Shown: positions 1 through 12,500 of the stretch, in pieces
Position numbering within the stretch: position 1 is the stretch's first letter
How the letters are laid out: each line of letters starts with the position of its first letter
Assembly: GCA_037379345.1 (NCBI GenBank)
Contig: CM074519.1
Coordinates: 30,282,103-30,346,102, forward strand
DNA length: 64,000 nucleotides
Source: Perna viridis
Lineage: Eukaryota
Direction: 5' to 3'
Notes under the pieces: model-generated
What the model was told of the DNA's origin: nothing
The model's database searches: none
Seen by the model: only the letters and a program-made list of their open reading frames with translations
Program-made: the position numbers and the translations under genes

Positions 1-214
1 AAGGGTTCCTATAAATCCTATTTTGGTTGATGAGCCCACGTACTATATCCAATTTATTTTGCTTTTCGTGCGGAAGTTTATTAATATCTGAATAAGTAAT
101 GGTGTAAGTACACCAATGATAAAGTATTGTGAATTGATAAATATATATTTTTATAAGCTAGGATAATAATGAAATTTCAACACATGGACACGACATTGAT
201 GCATGTGCACTTAC

Positions 215-540
215 ATTGTTCTGTGTGAATTCTTTTCTATCGGAAGATATTTCTAAGTCAACCATTCCTTCGGGATGTTGAGGCGCTTGGCAAACCACAT
301 GATTCAATGCTAACCATTCACCTCTCACAATAACTTTACCAAATTTACATTGATATGAATCAGATGAATTTGGAAAGTTATGACCCCAAACATGAACAGA
401 ATTTCCCCCGTTATCAAGACCTCGATTTGGTATGACACTATGAACCATCATCAAAGGTAAACAGTTCTGTCCGTAGTACGTCTCACTGCATTGATTACAT
501 AACTCCCCTGTCCACTGCTTACCGAAACAATCGCATACTC
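215..540 (-). CDS. Exon 19: end of laminin-EGF repeat plus IPT/TIG domain
   Basis: GVCDCFGKQWTGELC...VIPNRGLDNGGNSVHVWGHNFP...CKFG...VVCQAP; AAT|GTAAGT donor. Confidence 0.9.
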
Positions 541-3500
541 CTACGTAAATAATAACCCGCTGTTGTTTTCAATACATTACATATAAATGTACTCACTGTA
601 CAGAAATTGATGATTAACAGAATGTTCTCTGTGTAATACTTTTTGTTTTCTATATCGGACTGTCGCACAAAAACGTTAAGACCTTTTTTGCTTTCGTAAC
701 TGGTATCGCATAAATTATGTAAGTATTTTTTTATTTCACGAACAATTAAAGCTTTGTCTATACAATTCTATGACATTTAAAAAAAATACTTATTTGTTTC
801 GCCATTCAATACTCCCCTTTGTAGGAGGCTTTTAGGAAGTTGTACGTAAATATATTTTAAAGATACAGTTGCACATCATATCAAATACCACTAATTAAGG
901 GTAACAACAAAAATACCAAACACTATTCCGATTGATAATCAAGTCAAGTTCAAAAGAAATTTGGCAAAATAGATATTACACCACCGGAACAGATGGTACC
1001 GCAATTGTCCTGATTTGGTTACTTTCACTTCAAACAAAAAGGTGCGTTAAATCTAGAAAAAAAGAAAACCTACCAGTTTTATCGTTACATTGACCATTCA
1101 CACATCTAGGACATGGTTGACAGTCTTTGCCCCAATGTAGAGGTACGCAAGAGCTACAGTCATCTCCAATAAATCTGTCACCACATACACAAACATTCGG
1201 ACGGACACATATACCATGTCCGCTACAGCTGTTAACGTCTCTGAAAAGTAGTTGGATCAATTCTTGTCTGTCTAAGAATCAGGCAAAATGTGAATAAGGT
1301 GTGTACATGAAGGAAAGAAACACATATATTTTAATGCATTATCCATGCATTTCTACCTCATAATCACTAGAAATAAAAATGAAAGTGTTTATAAAGCTTG
1401 CGTTTTTAAGATATTGATTCGTCAGGTTTAGTTGAAATATACTATATACAAATGGTGGGAGCATTTTTCAGCACTTTTTCCCTATATAGGCATGCAATCA
1501 AACATATCTAAGTCACAGATGCTTCAGGACAGATTTAAATAGCTTTTTAATGGTTTTCTAGATGTATTAAATATATTTTAGGCAAAAATGACTACTTTGC
1601 GAAAAATGATGTGCCACCTACTGCCTGATTCTTACCCTGATTCAGGGAATTTTAAAAATTAAACATGTAAACTCTGTATCAACTTAAGTAGCTGTCTTTG
1701 TAAGAATCATGCAAAATCTGAAAGATGTGATACACCCAAAAAAGGCTACATATTTTTATTTTTATAATTAAGTTGCGTTATAGGTCTATACCATGAAATG
1801 TGTAATTATTCATTCAAATCTGCCTGCTCTTGAGAGATAATCAACATTGAAAATCCAATAGGTTCTATTGTATTTGAATGTCATGTACAGAGTTATATCC
1901 CTTAATTTTAAAATCTACAGTGCATTCTATATAATTTTTATCTCATAAGAACACGTGTTATATGAAAAACTGAATGTTAATGTCTGTTTACTATGGCTAT
2001 TCAAACCAAATATCAAAAATAAAAATATGTAGGCTTTTTACCCATGAATCACCTTTCGCATGATTCTTAGCTTGAGTGCTACATAACAATTCGACGTTTT
2101 ATGTACGTGTATTAATTTAAATGTACACGATGTTGATAATTAACTATAGAAAAGTATCAACAGTAAAACTAAGGCGAGATTAATTATACCAACATTATTA
2201 TATAATCTTGGAAGGTATTTATCAATATATTTGTCTTATACATATATATGTCTTTTGGATGCGTAAAGCTGTATTTTCCCCAGGCAACATAGGGGTCCAA
2301 TACATTCATTCAAGCAATACATTAGCCTTTCCAAGAATAACATACAGAACCAAATCAAGAAAATAAAAATATTTTGTGGCATAGACAACCAATCGCTACA
2401 CTTACCTGTCGAACGTCAAGCGGTAAAATGTTCCAAAAAAGAAATCATAGAGAAGTTTCATTGCTTGTGAATGTTGAATATATCGAAATATTTCAACTCG
2501 CTTTATTTTAATGTACCTTCATAACAAACTCCCCAAGGCTTGTTTCGTATGATATTGGAATTTACTTTAGTTGATATTCAGCAATATTCAACTTTCACTC
2601 ATCACAAAACCTGTAGACAGCTCACTGTGAACTGATAGTTGTTGCTATAAAACAGTAAACCAGTATTTTCAATATTTCTCGAGATTTGCTTTCGGAAAAA
2701 AAGAACGAAATATCGGAATATGCTAAGCTAGATTACATATCAAGGATGTTTCTATATTAGATTTTTTTTCTACTAGTAAGCCTATTTTCCATGTTGGTCC
2801 TGATAAATTACATAAATGGTATATAAATTACATACCTACATAATGCCCGTGTGCACTGCTTGCCAGCCCATCCACCACTACAGTTACAAACATTTGGACC
2901 AATACATTCTCCGTTACCATAGCAACTGTTTACATCTGAGCAGTCGTAATCTGTACACATTTCTCCCGTCCAACCTAAAAATAAAAAAAAATGGAGTTCT
3001 ATCACAAAGAATATGACCCCCACCAAAAAATAAACAAACAAACAACACAAACAAACAAACCAACAATAAACCAAAAAAAAATAAATAAATAAACACTCTT
3101 CCTGATTACCAAATGCATATTTCTCATAATCAAATGCGATTCCTATTTAGTTTGTATATTGAAAGCCACCATTTATAACTTGAAGAATTATGGAAATTCA
3201 CATATATTTAACAATATATAAATTTCAACTTAAAAAAAAACCCATTTTATCGGTAATATGTATTTTTTCCTATGATCTCGTTGACAGTAATTTCTCTATC
3301 TCTTATAGGTGACAGGATATTCTACAGGGTCCTGTGCGTGTCCAGGTGTCAAACGAATAGACCAACAGTAGCGCTAAGCTTTGACTACTTGGGGTTTAAA
3401 CACAAGCAATCATTCAATCAGCCAAGACATTGTTAGTGATTGTGGTGACGTAATCAGATCTCCTTTATAGGGTTGCATGAAAATGATGTCACGCATCAAT

Positions 3501-6500
3501 AGTACTGTCAAGTCACACTACCAGTTTTTTTTTCGCGACAAAAGTAGTCCTAATGTACATCAAAATGACTAGAAATGCAATAATAAAATTACCGATAAAC
3601 AGAGTAATAGTTAACTTCGATTTTGATACTGAAAAAATGATGAATATTTCAACTCTCGTTCACTCGATCGGCGAGATATTTCACATAATATGGTCAATAT
3701 CAAAATCGAATTAAACTAAAATTTAATATCAGTAGATCCCATTTATGCATTATAACGTTTTGATAACAACCTAAAGAGGAACCATATGTTTAACCGTTTG
3801 ACTTTCAAACAGACAAACCTGATTGGCAGCGACATCTATTGGGCCTTACACATTGTCCCTTGTCACTACAATTGTTGACCCCAGAGCAATCGATATTGTT
3901 GTTTGTCAACACGGGAGTGATGTTGACAAACAGTAACGAAGTGTCACGATGACTGTCGTAGATACGGTTATAGGCGTGGCTAAAGTTGTAACTCCCCCAC
4001 CAATTATATGAGGCATTTACATGATCTTGTGCTGAAATATAAAATAAAAGTAAAACAAACTTCATAACGTTTAACTCAGTGTTTGGTTTACAACATGCGC
4101 TGTAATGGCTTCCATTTTTACTTACACCGAGAAGTGCTTTTTAAATATTTGTATGATGAATCAAAGATAATTATAAGACAAATGATACTTAGCATTTGGA
4201 AATTGATTTTTTTCTATACTAGTATACTAGTTACATATCTCAAAGATTTATAACCTTGTTTGTCCAATGTATTGTAGAATATTATATTGATACATGTAGC
4301 AGTGTTTTATCGAATGTTCTCAGTGTAATAAAGTTTGATATTTCACACTATGGAATAAATTAGGTATTTTCACTCTCGGACTTTCTTCCGTCAAAACGTT
4401 TCAATAGGGAATAGCATTCCATCGTCAGTGTTTTATCGAATGTTCCAAGTGTAATAAATTGTGATAATTTACACTGTGAAATAAATTAGGTATTTTCACT
4501 CTCGGACTTTCTTCCGTCAAAACGTTCCAACAGGGATTAGCATTCAATCGTCAGTGTTTATCGAATGTTCCAAGTGTAATCAATTGTGATAATTCACACT
4601 GTGAAATAAATTCGGTAATTTCACTCTCGGACTTTCTCCCTAATGGCTTGAAAACGTCACAACAGGGAAAATTAATCCGCCGTCAGTGTCTTATCGAATG
4701 TTCCCAGTGTACCAAATTTTGATAATTTACACTGTGAAATTAATTCCGTAATTTCACTTTCTGACTTTCTGCTGACAAAACGTCACAACACGAATATCAA
4801 TCAGCCGTTCCCAAAATTTTAAAATTCATTTTAACAAAAAAGCAATGAATAATGGAGGAACTCTACATAATAAATACAATTAATTTTTTATCGTGAATAA
4901 CCAAAATATGATCACTTGTGCCTAGAAGCATAAAGATTTAACTCGTGCGCGGGACAAGTTCCGTACACTCGTTAAATCTAGGCCTTCTTCGGTCCTCGTG
5001 ATCATCTTTTGGTTATTCTCTCTTTTCAATTAACTTTCCTATTATTTCTTACCTTTCCTTTTCACATAAATATCCAACGATGTCTCTGGGTTGTCAAATA
5101 TGTTATATGACAAATTGAAATGCCGAGACTCTAAAATAATTGTGGCTAGATTAGATTGAGTAGACAGGAACTGGTTGTAGTAGAATGTTCCATTTAATTC
5201 GCCTATGACGTCGCTTGTAAACACATTGACACAACACTCACTGTCGATGTTTGTGAAGATATTTGTACTAAAATCAATGTATCTTCCCACATGAGTTGAT
5301 TTGGTTTCAGTTAACAAATCAACTAAGCATTGGTTCGGTTGTCTACAGAAGGCGTTCTGAATTGTGTTGTCGTGAAAACTCAGGGAAGCATTGTTCCAAG
5401 TTTGTAAATATAAATGACAGGTATTTGTAAAAACATTCAATCCAATATTTGCATGTCCCATATATGCATTGGTATTGTATTCATTTGAAGGTAATTCTAT
5501 GTGTAATGCGTCCCTTGTGATGTTTGAAAAATTATTTTCGTTGATTTCGACGGTATTCTTATCCGATACATAATGGGTCCTAAAATCGACCCCGTTAGAA
5601 CAGTTGGCAAACGAACACCGTCGTACTTGTAAAGTACCTCCATAATATCCTGATTCCGTATACACACCTTTTATACTATTGGTAATATTGCTGTCAAAGA
5701 TTTGCAAGTTAACTTGTTGTTCTTCCATCACAATGCCTGTTGAAACACTGTTTATGTGCACATTCCGAACAATAACACTACCACTTTCGGTAATAAGAAT
5801 ACCATGGCTCTTACAGCTGTCAATTAATGTTTTAGAGAAGTCATAAGTTATGTCACCATCTGATGAAGGAGTAATGGTAATACAAGATCCCTTGGAACTG
5901 CTTATACGTGATCGTTTAATCTCAAACTGAGATGTGTATGCTACAAATCCTTTCTCAGTATTTGACATGTGAAGTAGGTGTATTGATGAAAACTCTACAA
6001 ACAATCGAAACATCAAATAGAGGCTCCCAGGAGGCTGAATCGCTCACCTAGTTAAATTTTTGCCTTTTAAGGGCAATAACTCTAACAAGGAGTTGTCAGA
6101 CAATTTTGACTCCATTTGATTCATTGGACACATTTATAAGCCTTATAATAAGGATCACCTCATCAATTGAAAGCTATTGGCTAAACCTAACAGATTTGGA
6201 GATACAGATTTGGAGATTTATGCAAAAATCTGCTGTCTGACCCCATTGTTATATTTTGGGAAACGGCAGCCATACCCTATAAAACAAAAATGTCAACTTT
6301 CGTTGAATTCTCTAGAGCAGATTTTTTAAAGTAATAATATCATAAACAGAAAAAAACGTCCAAAAATGGTAATAACTCCAACATGGGTCAACAAATTTTC
6401 ATCAATTTTGACCAAAGATAGATCTCTTCATGCTGATTAATTTGACTTCATGTCAGATTTTGGTCAAACCTAACCGTTTTGTAGATATATGCAAAAAATC

Positions 6501-9500
6501 TGCTGTCTGACCTCAATGGTAAATTTTTAGTAACAGCGGCCATGCTTTATACATGTAACAGATCAAAAATCAAAACGGTCAATATGTTACGGATTCCCTT
6601 TAAAAAAATACCAACTTTCATTGAATTCTGTAAAGTAGTTTTTGAGAAGATTTTTTAAAATAATAACATTAAAAAAGCAAAAAACGTCCAAAAAGGGCAA
6701 TGACTCCAACATCTCCAACATGGGTCAACATATTTTCACCAAATTGTGCCCACAAATAGATCTCATCATGCTGAACACTTTTCCCCATGTCAAAATTCGG
6801 CAAAACCTTACGGTTTTGGAGATATATGTAAAAAACTACTGTCTGACCCCTATGTTCTATTTTTAGAAACGGCGGCCATGTTTTTCGACGGATCAAAAAT
6901 CCCCACATCAGTTCTATGGACAATATCCCAAGAAACATTTAAAGTAAGTTTGTTTCCAGTTGGTCGAGTGGTGTCAGAGGGGAAGAGTTTTGAAAGAAAT
7001 AACATTCAAAATAGCAAAACAAAAACGTTGAAAAAGGGCAATAACTCCAACATGGCTTAATAGATTAAAATGATAATTTGACTGCAGATAAATCTTATCA
7101 TGCTAAACACTTTAACACGATCAGAATTTGGCTAAATCTAACGGTTTTGGAGATATATGCGAAAAAACTACTGTCTGACCCCTACGTTCTAGTTTTAGTA
7201 ACGGCGGCCATGTTTTTTTCGACGGATCAAAAATCTCCACATCAGTTCTTTGCAAGATACCACAAGGAATTCTTTGCAAGATACCACAAGGAACATTCAT
7301 ACCAAGTTTGGTACAAATTGGTCAAATAATTTCAGTGAAGAAGAGTTTTGAAAAAACTGTTAACGACGACGACGGACGCCAAGTGATGGCAATAGCTCTT
7401 ATGGCCTTCATGCAAACTTGTTTAATCTTCGCATAATATGGTCAAGTAAAGTAGATTATAATTTGTGAACAATAAACTGTCATTATATTTTTCTGATAGA
7501 GGTAGGTCACCGAAATATTTCAGGTCAAATGTCCAAATCTCAAATCAAAGTGAGGCAAATGTGTTGAGATATAAAAGCAACTGTAAAATATCGTTAATTC
7601 TAATATGAAGTATTTCAAAGCTCTTTACACCACAGCCATGGTAAACACGTGGTAATAATATGACCAACGTCATAGACGTATGACCGTCTTTTGGAGACGT
7701 CATAGATAAATTTTACCTAATTTCACAGACGTTTCAATTTCCATTTCGCGCAATATATATTCTGCGTCTATTAAAAATATGAAGAAACTAGTCCTATAAA
7801 TATCGAAATAAATCACGGAAACTCAACGTTTACATTGTAAAATCACGGGCTGGTTGGCCATTTTTATCTTTCGCTCAAGATAAACAATGCGGCAAAAATG
7901 GCCAGTCTTTGGTAAAACAATAATGGAGTTTCAGTGATTTATTTCTTAATTTTATACTGAAGTCAAAAGTGTAAAGACAAATAACACGTTTTGTTTGATA
8001 AAAACAAAACACACATGACATTGAACAGGTTTTGTATTTTTTGAAGATTCTGTTCAAAAACTTGCACGAAAATCCTTAGGTTTTGTCATGTCTTACCATT
8101 CGATCGAAGCAGCACACCATGCCAGTATGATTCTTGTATCGTATCGAACGCTGTGAAACTGCTCATTTCAAACACATCATTTGCATCGTTTATTTTTAGA
8201 GATCCTGAAACAAAAACGAAATAAACTTTTCTCATATAGCATTTCACCAAACTATATAACAAAAGAATTATCATGTTTGATGAGGCACAATTATCAAGTA
8301 AGCTATAAAATGCTTCTATTTCGTATGTATTCTGATATATGCAACATATGTATAAGAGTAATCAAGGGAACCAAGGTTATAGCGGTAATCAAAAGAATGT
8401 AATCCAGGGACAAAGACAAGACATGGAAAACAGACATACACAACAAAGATCATAAAGTTACTAAAATTATACATACAAAGTGACAAAAGCAAATGAGCAA
8501 CTCGGACTCTACTAGCAACTGGAAGCATGGACCAGGTGTACCAGTAGGGTAAGCGTCCTCTGCTTTACTAGAAACACCCGCCGAGTTGCTCATAAAATGC
8601 CAAGTCCGGGGTAGAAAAACGAGGAAGGAAAACTATGACCCGTCGAGTAAATCAGTTTTCATGCTGCTGATGGATACACCAAAACGGTCCACGAGTTCAT
8701 GATGACGACCATAAAACGTCTGTAGTGATAACTTCAATCTTGTAGCAACCAAACCAAAACTTCTGTAGTGATAACTTCAATCTTGTAGCAACCAAACGCT
8801 GTTCCAGAAGCTTGTTTGTTAGAGTTCTAGCGCGATCGATACAAACAATCTGCGTAGTTTCGGCAAGCTATAAATAACTATTTGCGTACGTGGCCATTTG
8901 TTTTATGTTATTGACTTTAAGTAGACATAAACAGTTTATTAACTTTGGTAATTACATATTTTTATTTATTTTGGTTCCAATTTGAATAAGAGCTAAGTAA
9001 AATACTCATTAACCTCCATATCAAAATAAAACAGAAGATTCAATATATCAACCATTAGATTTATAGATAAACTCTTTACCAATGTATTAACTAAAATTTC
9101 ATGTGAAGTAAAAATTATTCTTACCTGCTATATAAATTCCTCTATTTTTCTTGAAATTCAACGTAATCGCACCTATGATCGTCAATCTTACCCCAGGTCT
9201 GTAAAAAATATTTGGTGATAAATTCTTATGTAAAAAGTGGTACAAAATATCATTTTTATCCAAAAAATTGATATGGGGACTGTGGTTACATATCTGGCAC
9301 AACAAACGTTTCTGATATAGACTGAATTTTGACAAAAATCAAAATTTGAATTCGATAATGACTTCTCATAATTCAAGATCCGAAATCTAAATACAAGGTT
9401 TAATTAAGCATACCAGGACCCCGAAAATTCAAATTGAAGATGATAATTTTGAAACATCTAGAATTTGATGGAGAAAATTGTAATTTTATATCAATATAGC

Positions 9501-12500
9501 AGAAACAAAGCGTTCAATTCAATATAATATTAATTTTAATTTAAAATTAAAACTATTGGGTATCAGTGTGCGGGTAAAAAACTCCAGAAAAATAAATCTT
9601 GATACATAGTTAGATTTACATATAGTTTATAAACTAACATTAAATGTTCAAGAATACGAATTAAATCCTCTTTAAAAAATGTTTAAAATAACCGTACAAA
9701 GCTCGAGAAAACTTGTTCAGTCCTTATAAGATTTCATCCTTTTGGTCTACAATTCTAACAAGTTTTTGGAACATGTCCTCCAAAATCTACCAACTTCCTT
9801 TCGTCTTACATGTATGGGACATTATGATTCAATTCAACTTTGATAATTCCTTGAGTACCATCCTGTGTAAGAATCAGGCAATAGGGGGCACATCATATTT
9901 CTCAATTTGTTTTTTGTTTTTTGCCTTAAATATACTAAATACATCTAGAAAACAACTGAAAAGCTATTTAAATTTATCCTGAAGCATCTGTGACATAGAA
10001 CTTTTTTGACTGCTTATATAAGGATGAAGTGAGGGAAAATTTTCTCGGCCATTTTGTTTTAACATATAGCGCTTTTCAACTAATTTTGACCTATCAATAT
10101 CTTAAAAAGACTTTGATGGTTATTTCTGAAGGTTATCGGGTATAAATGCTTGGTCAATCCAATAAAATCTCTGTGTTTTTTTCCTTGATGTGCCACACCT
10201 TATACACATTTTGCCTGATTCTTAGACGAAGAAGTACTTAAATTCTCAAGTCATTGTTATTGGACGAGGACATTGTCAGAGGACTATACAATCGACATTT
10301 ATATCAAGTCGTGATATCACTCTTTCTATGACATACAGTTTATTCTATACCACCGTTAATCATGTTGATCTGTAGAACAAAATGCTGAATCAATTGGAAC
10401 CTAATTATGTAGTCCATGTTCTTGTTAAGACAGTTTATGCTACCATATGAACATCACAATTGCGGATAATTTAGCCAAATAAACACTCAATTGAGTTTCG
10501 GTGTTTTCCTTGTGGCTTAAATAGATATTTATTCTAAATTGCTAAGATTAAAATATTTCAAGCGGAAGTAAATTAAAAAAATTACATCAAAACAAATGTA
10601 ATTATCAAAGAGAAATTAAAAAGACTATACTTATACCTGATGAATATAGACCTAGATATTACTGTCAAATTTCCTTTTGATTGTACGTCAAAGGTTATGT
10701 TGCTATTTATTTCACCCCCAAAAGCACCATCTACGGCGAAATCTTCATGGGAAGAATTTTCCAGCTGACTAAGATGTCTGTCCATGTAGTATGGTATGTA
10801 TTTGATAAAACTCTTAGTCATGTCCTTCTCAAATCCACATACACGCTCAATAATCTCATTACAGTTGCCTGTTCCCCAGTAGTTATAAGTAGCCATTATT
10901 GCGTATTCTAATCGATCGTTTTTAAAAATTGGTCCCGTTAAGATGCATGCTGTAGGATGATTGTTTGTAAAAATATTATTTTGAATTCTTAGCAAAAAGG
11001 CATTTTCTACATCAATGAGTGTACTTGAGGCATAATTATCAACAAATACATTGTTTTCAAAAACAATATCGTTCATTAACTTCCTGATAGCGTAATTGTC
11101 AGAAAATATAATCATCCTACTGGCTTTGTTGCCTGTAAATCGATTATTTATCATTTTGAAATCTCCAACATAATCTGTGTCAAACACTACCATTGTTCTT
11201 TCAGTCATGGTGTTGTTAACTACCGTATTGTTGTTAAAACTTATATACGCCATATTTTCATAATATGTGTAGTGTCTACTTAAAACATCTAGAACAGAGA
11301 AACTAGTTTTAAATGTATTGTTTTCAACATTCAATTTTAGGTCGCCCTTACTATTCCACTGCAACTCTATTTTCATGCCATAGTTCGTATTGTTGGTGAA
11401 TAGATTATTTGTAAATTGAATTTCCCAGTCCGCATCTATTGTCTTTTCCATGTAGATAAATGACTTTCTATCCCATGCATATCTGCTGTATAAGCGATAG
11501 CTGTGATGTTCTATAATACAAGAATCTGCAACCAAACGACTGTTTCCAATTACCTTCATGGCGTAATGGACATTATGGGAAAATAAGGTTAAATAAAATT
11601 CTATTTCGCCTTTATATTCCTGATCCACGTATACCCCATGCTTTTTATTCCCAGTAATCTGACACTGTGAAAACTTAACTATTACTGCTGCAGTAACGTA
11701 TATCCCATTCAGATTATTGTCTGAATAACACCCATCAATTTGAAACGAGACATTCCGATTGACACTTTGATCAGATATAATCATCAAACCATTTCTACCA
11801 TTGTTAGACGCTGCTAGCTCAGTATAGATGTTTTCTGGCTCTGTTCCACTAATAAGTATAGTTATTCCGTCCCCTGAGGATGATGTGGAGTTAACATTAT
11901 TCAAATCTGTATTACAGCTCTTTATCCGTAAACCGTCTGTCGTTTTTTCAATTCCTGTATGACGAATTACCGACTTTTTCGATTTCCCTGCATATAATGT
12001 TAAGAAACAAGCTTTTAATGAGTTAGGTATAGCACCAATTTATGACTGTAATCAAAAACACAAAATTAAAAATATTTTTTTAAATACAAAATGAAAACAC
12101 TTTTAAGTAATATTGTTCATAGAAATCATAGTGTTCTATCCAATTTTTCATTTCATCATGTTAATTTTATCATCAATGTCAGTATGCTGAATAGCTGAAA
12201 TATTGCTGCTTGGGTGTCAAACACCAACAATCAATCACTAAAGTGTGCCCTCGTTCGTGCATCATTGCATGTTATCCATTGATAGCACTTTGGTGAATTC
12301 TCAGTGGCAATTATTAATTTTTATAGAAATCTGTTAACGGGACCAACAATTTCTGCGGAGGGAACTTTTAGTAGGAAAGGATTAATTTTGGCTTAGGAGA
12401 GTAACATTTTAAATATACAACAGACGTAGTCCATCTAAATAAATTCGTATATCACACTATTCCTTGCATAGTGATTAATCATTTGCAAAGAACGTACTCC

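Noticed and set aside
2405-2440. Extra exon ending at CAG|GTAAG on the minus strand
   Set aside because: Exons 17 and 18 already join in phase with a continuous EGF pattern, and no suitable acceptor or coding signal was found.
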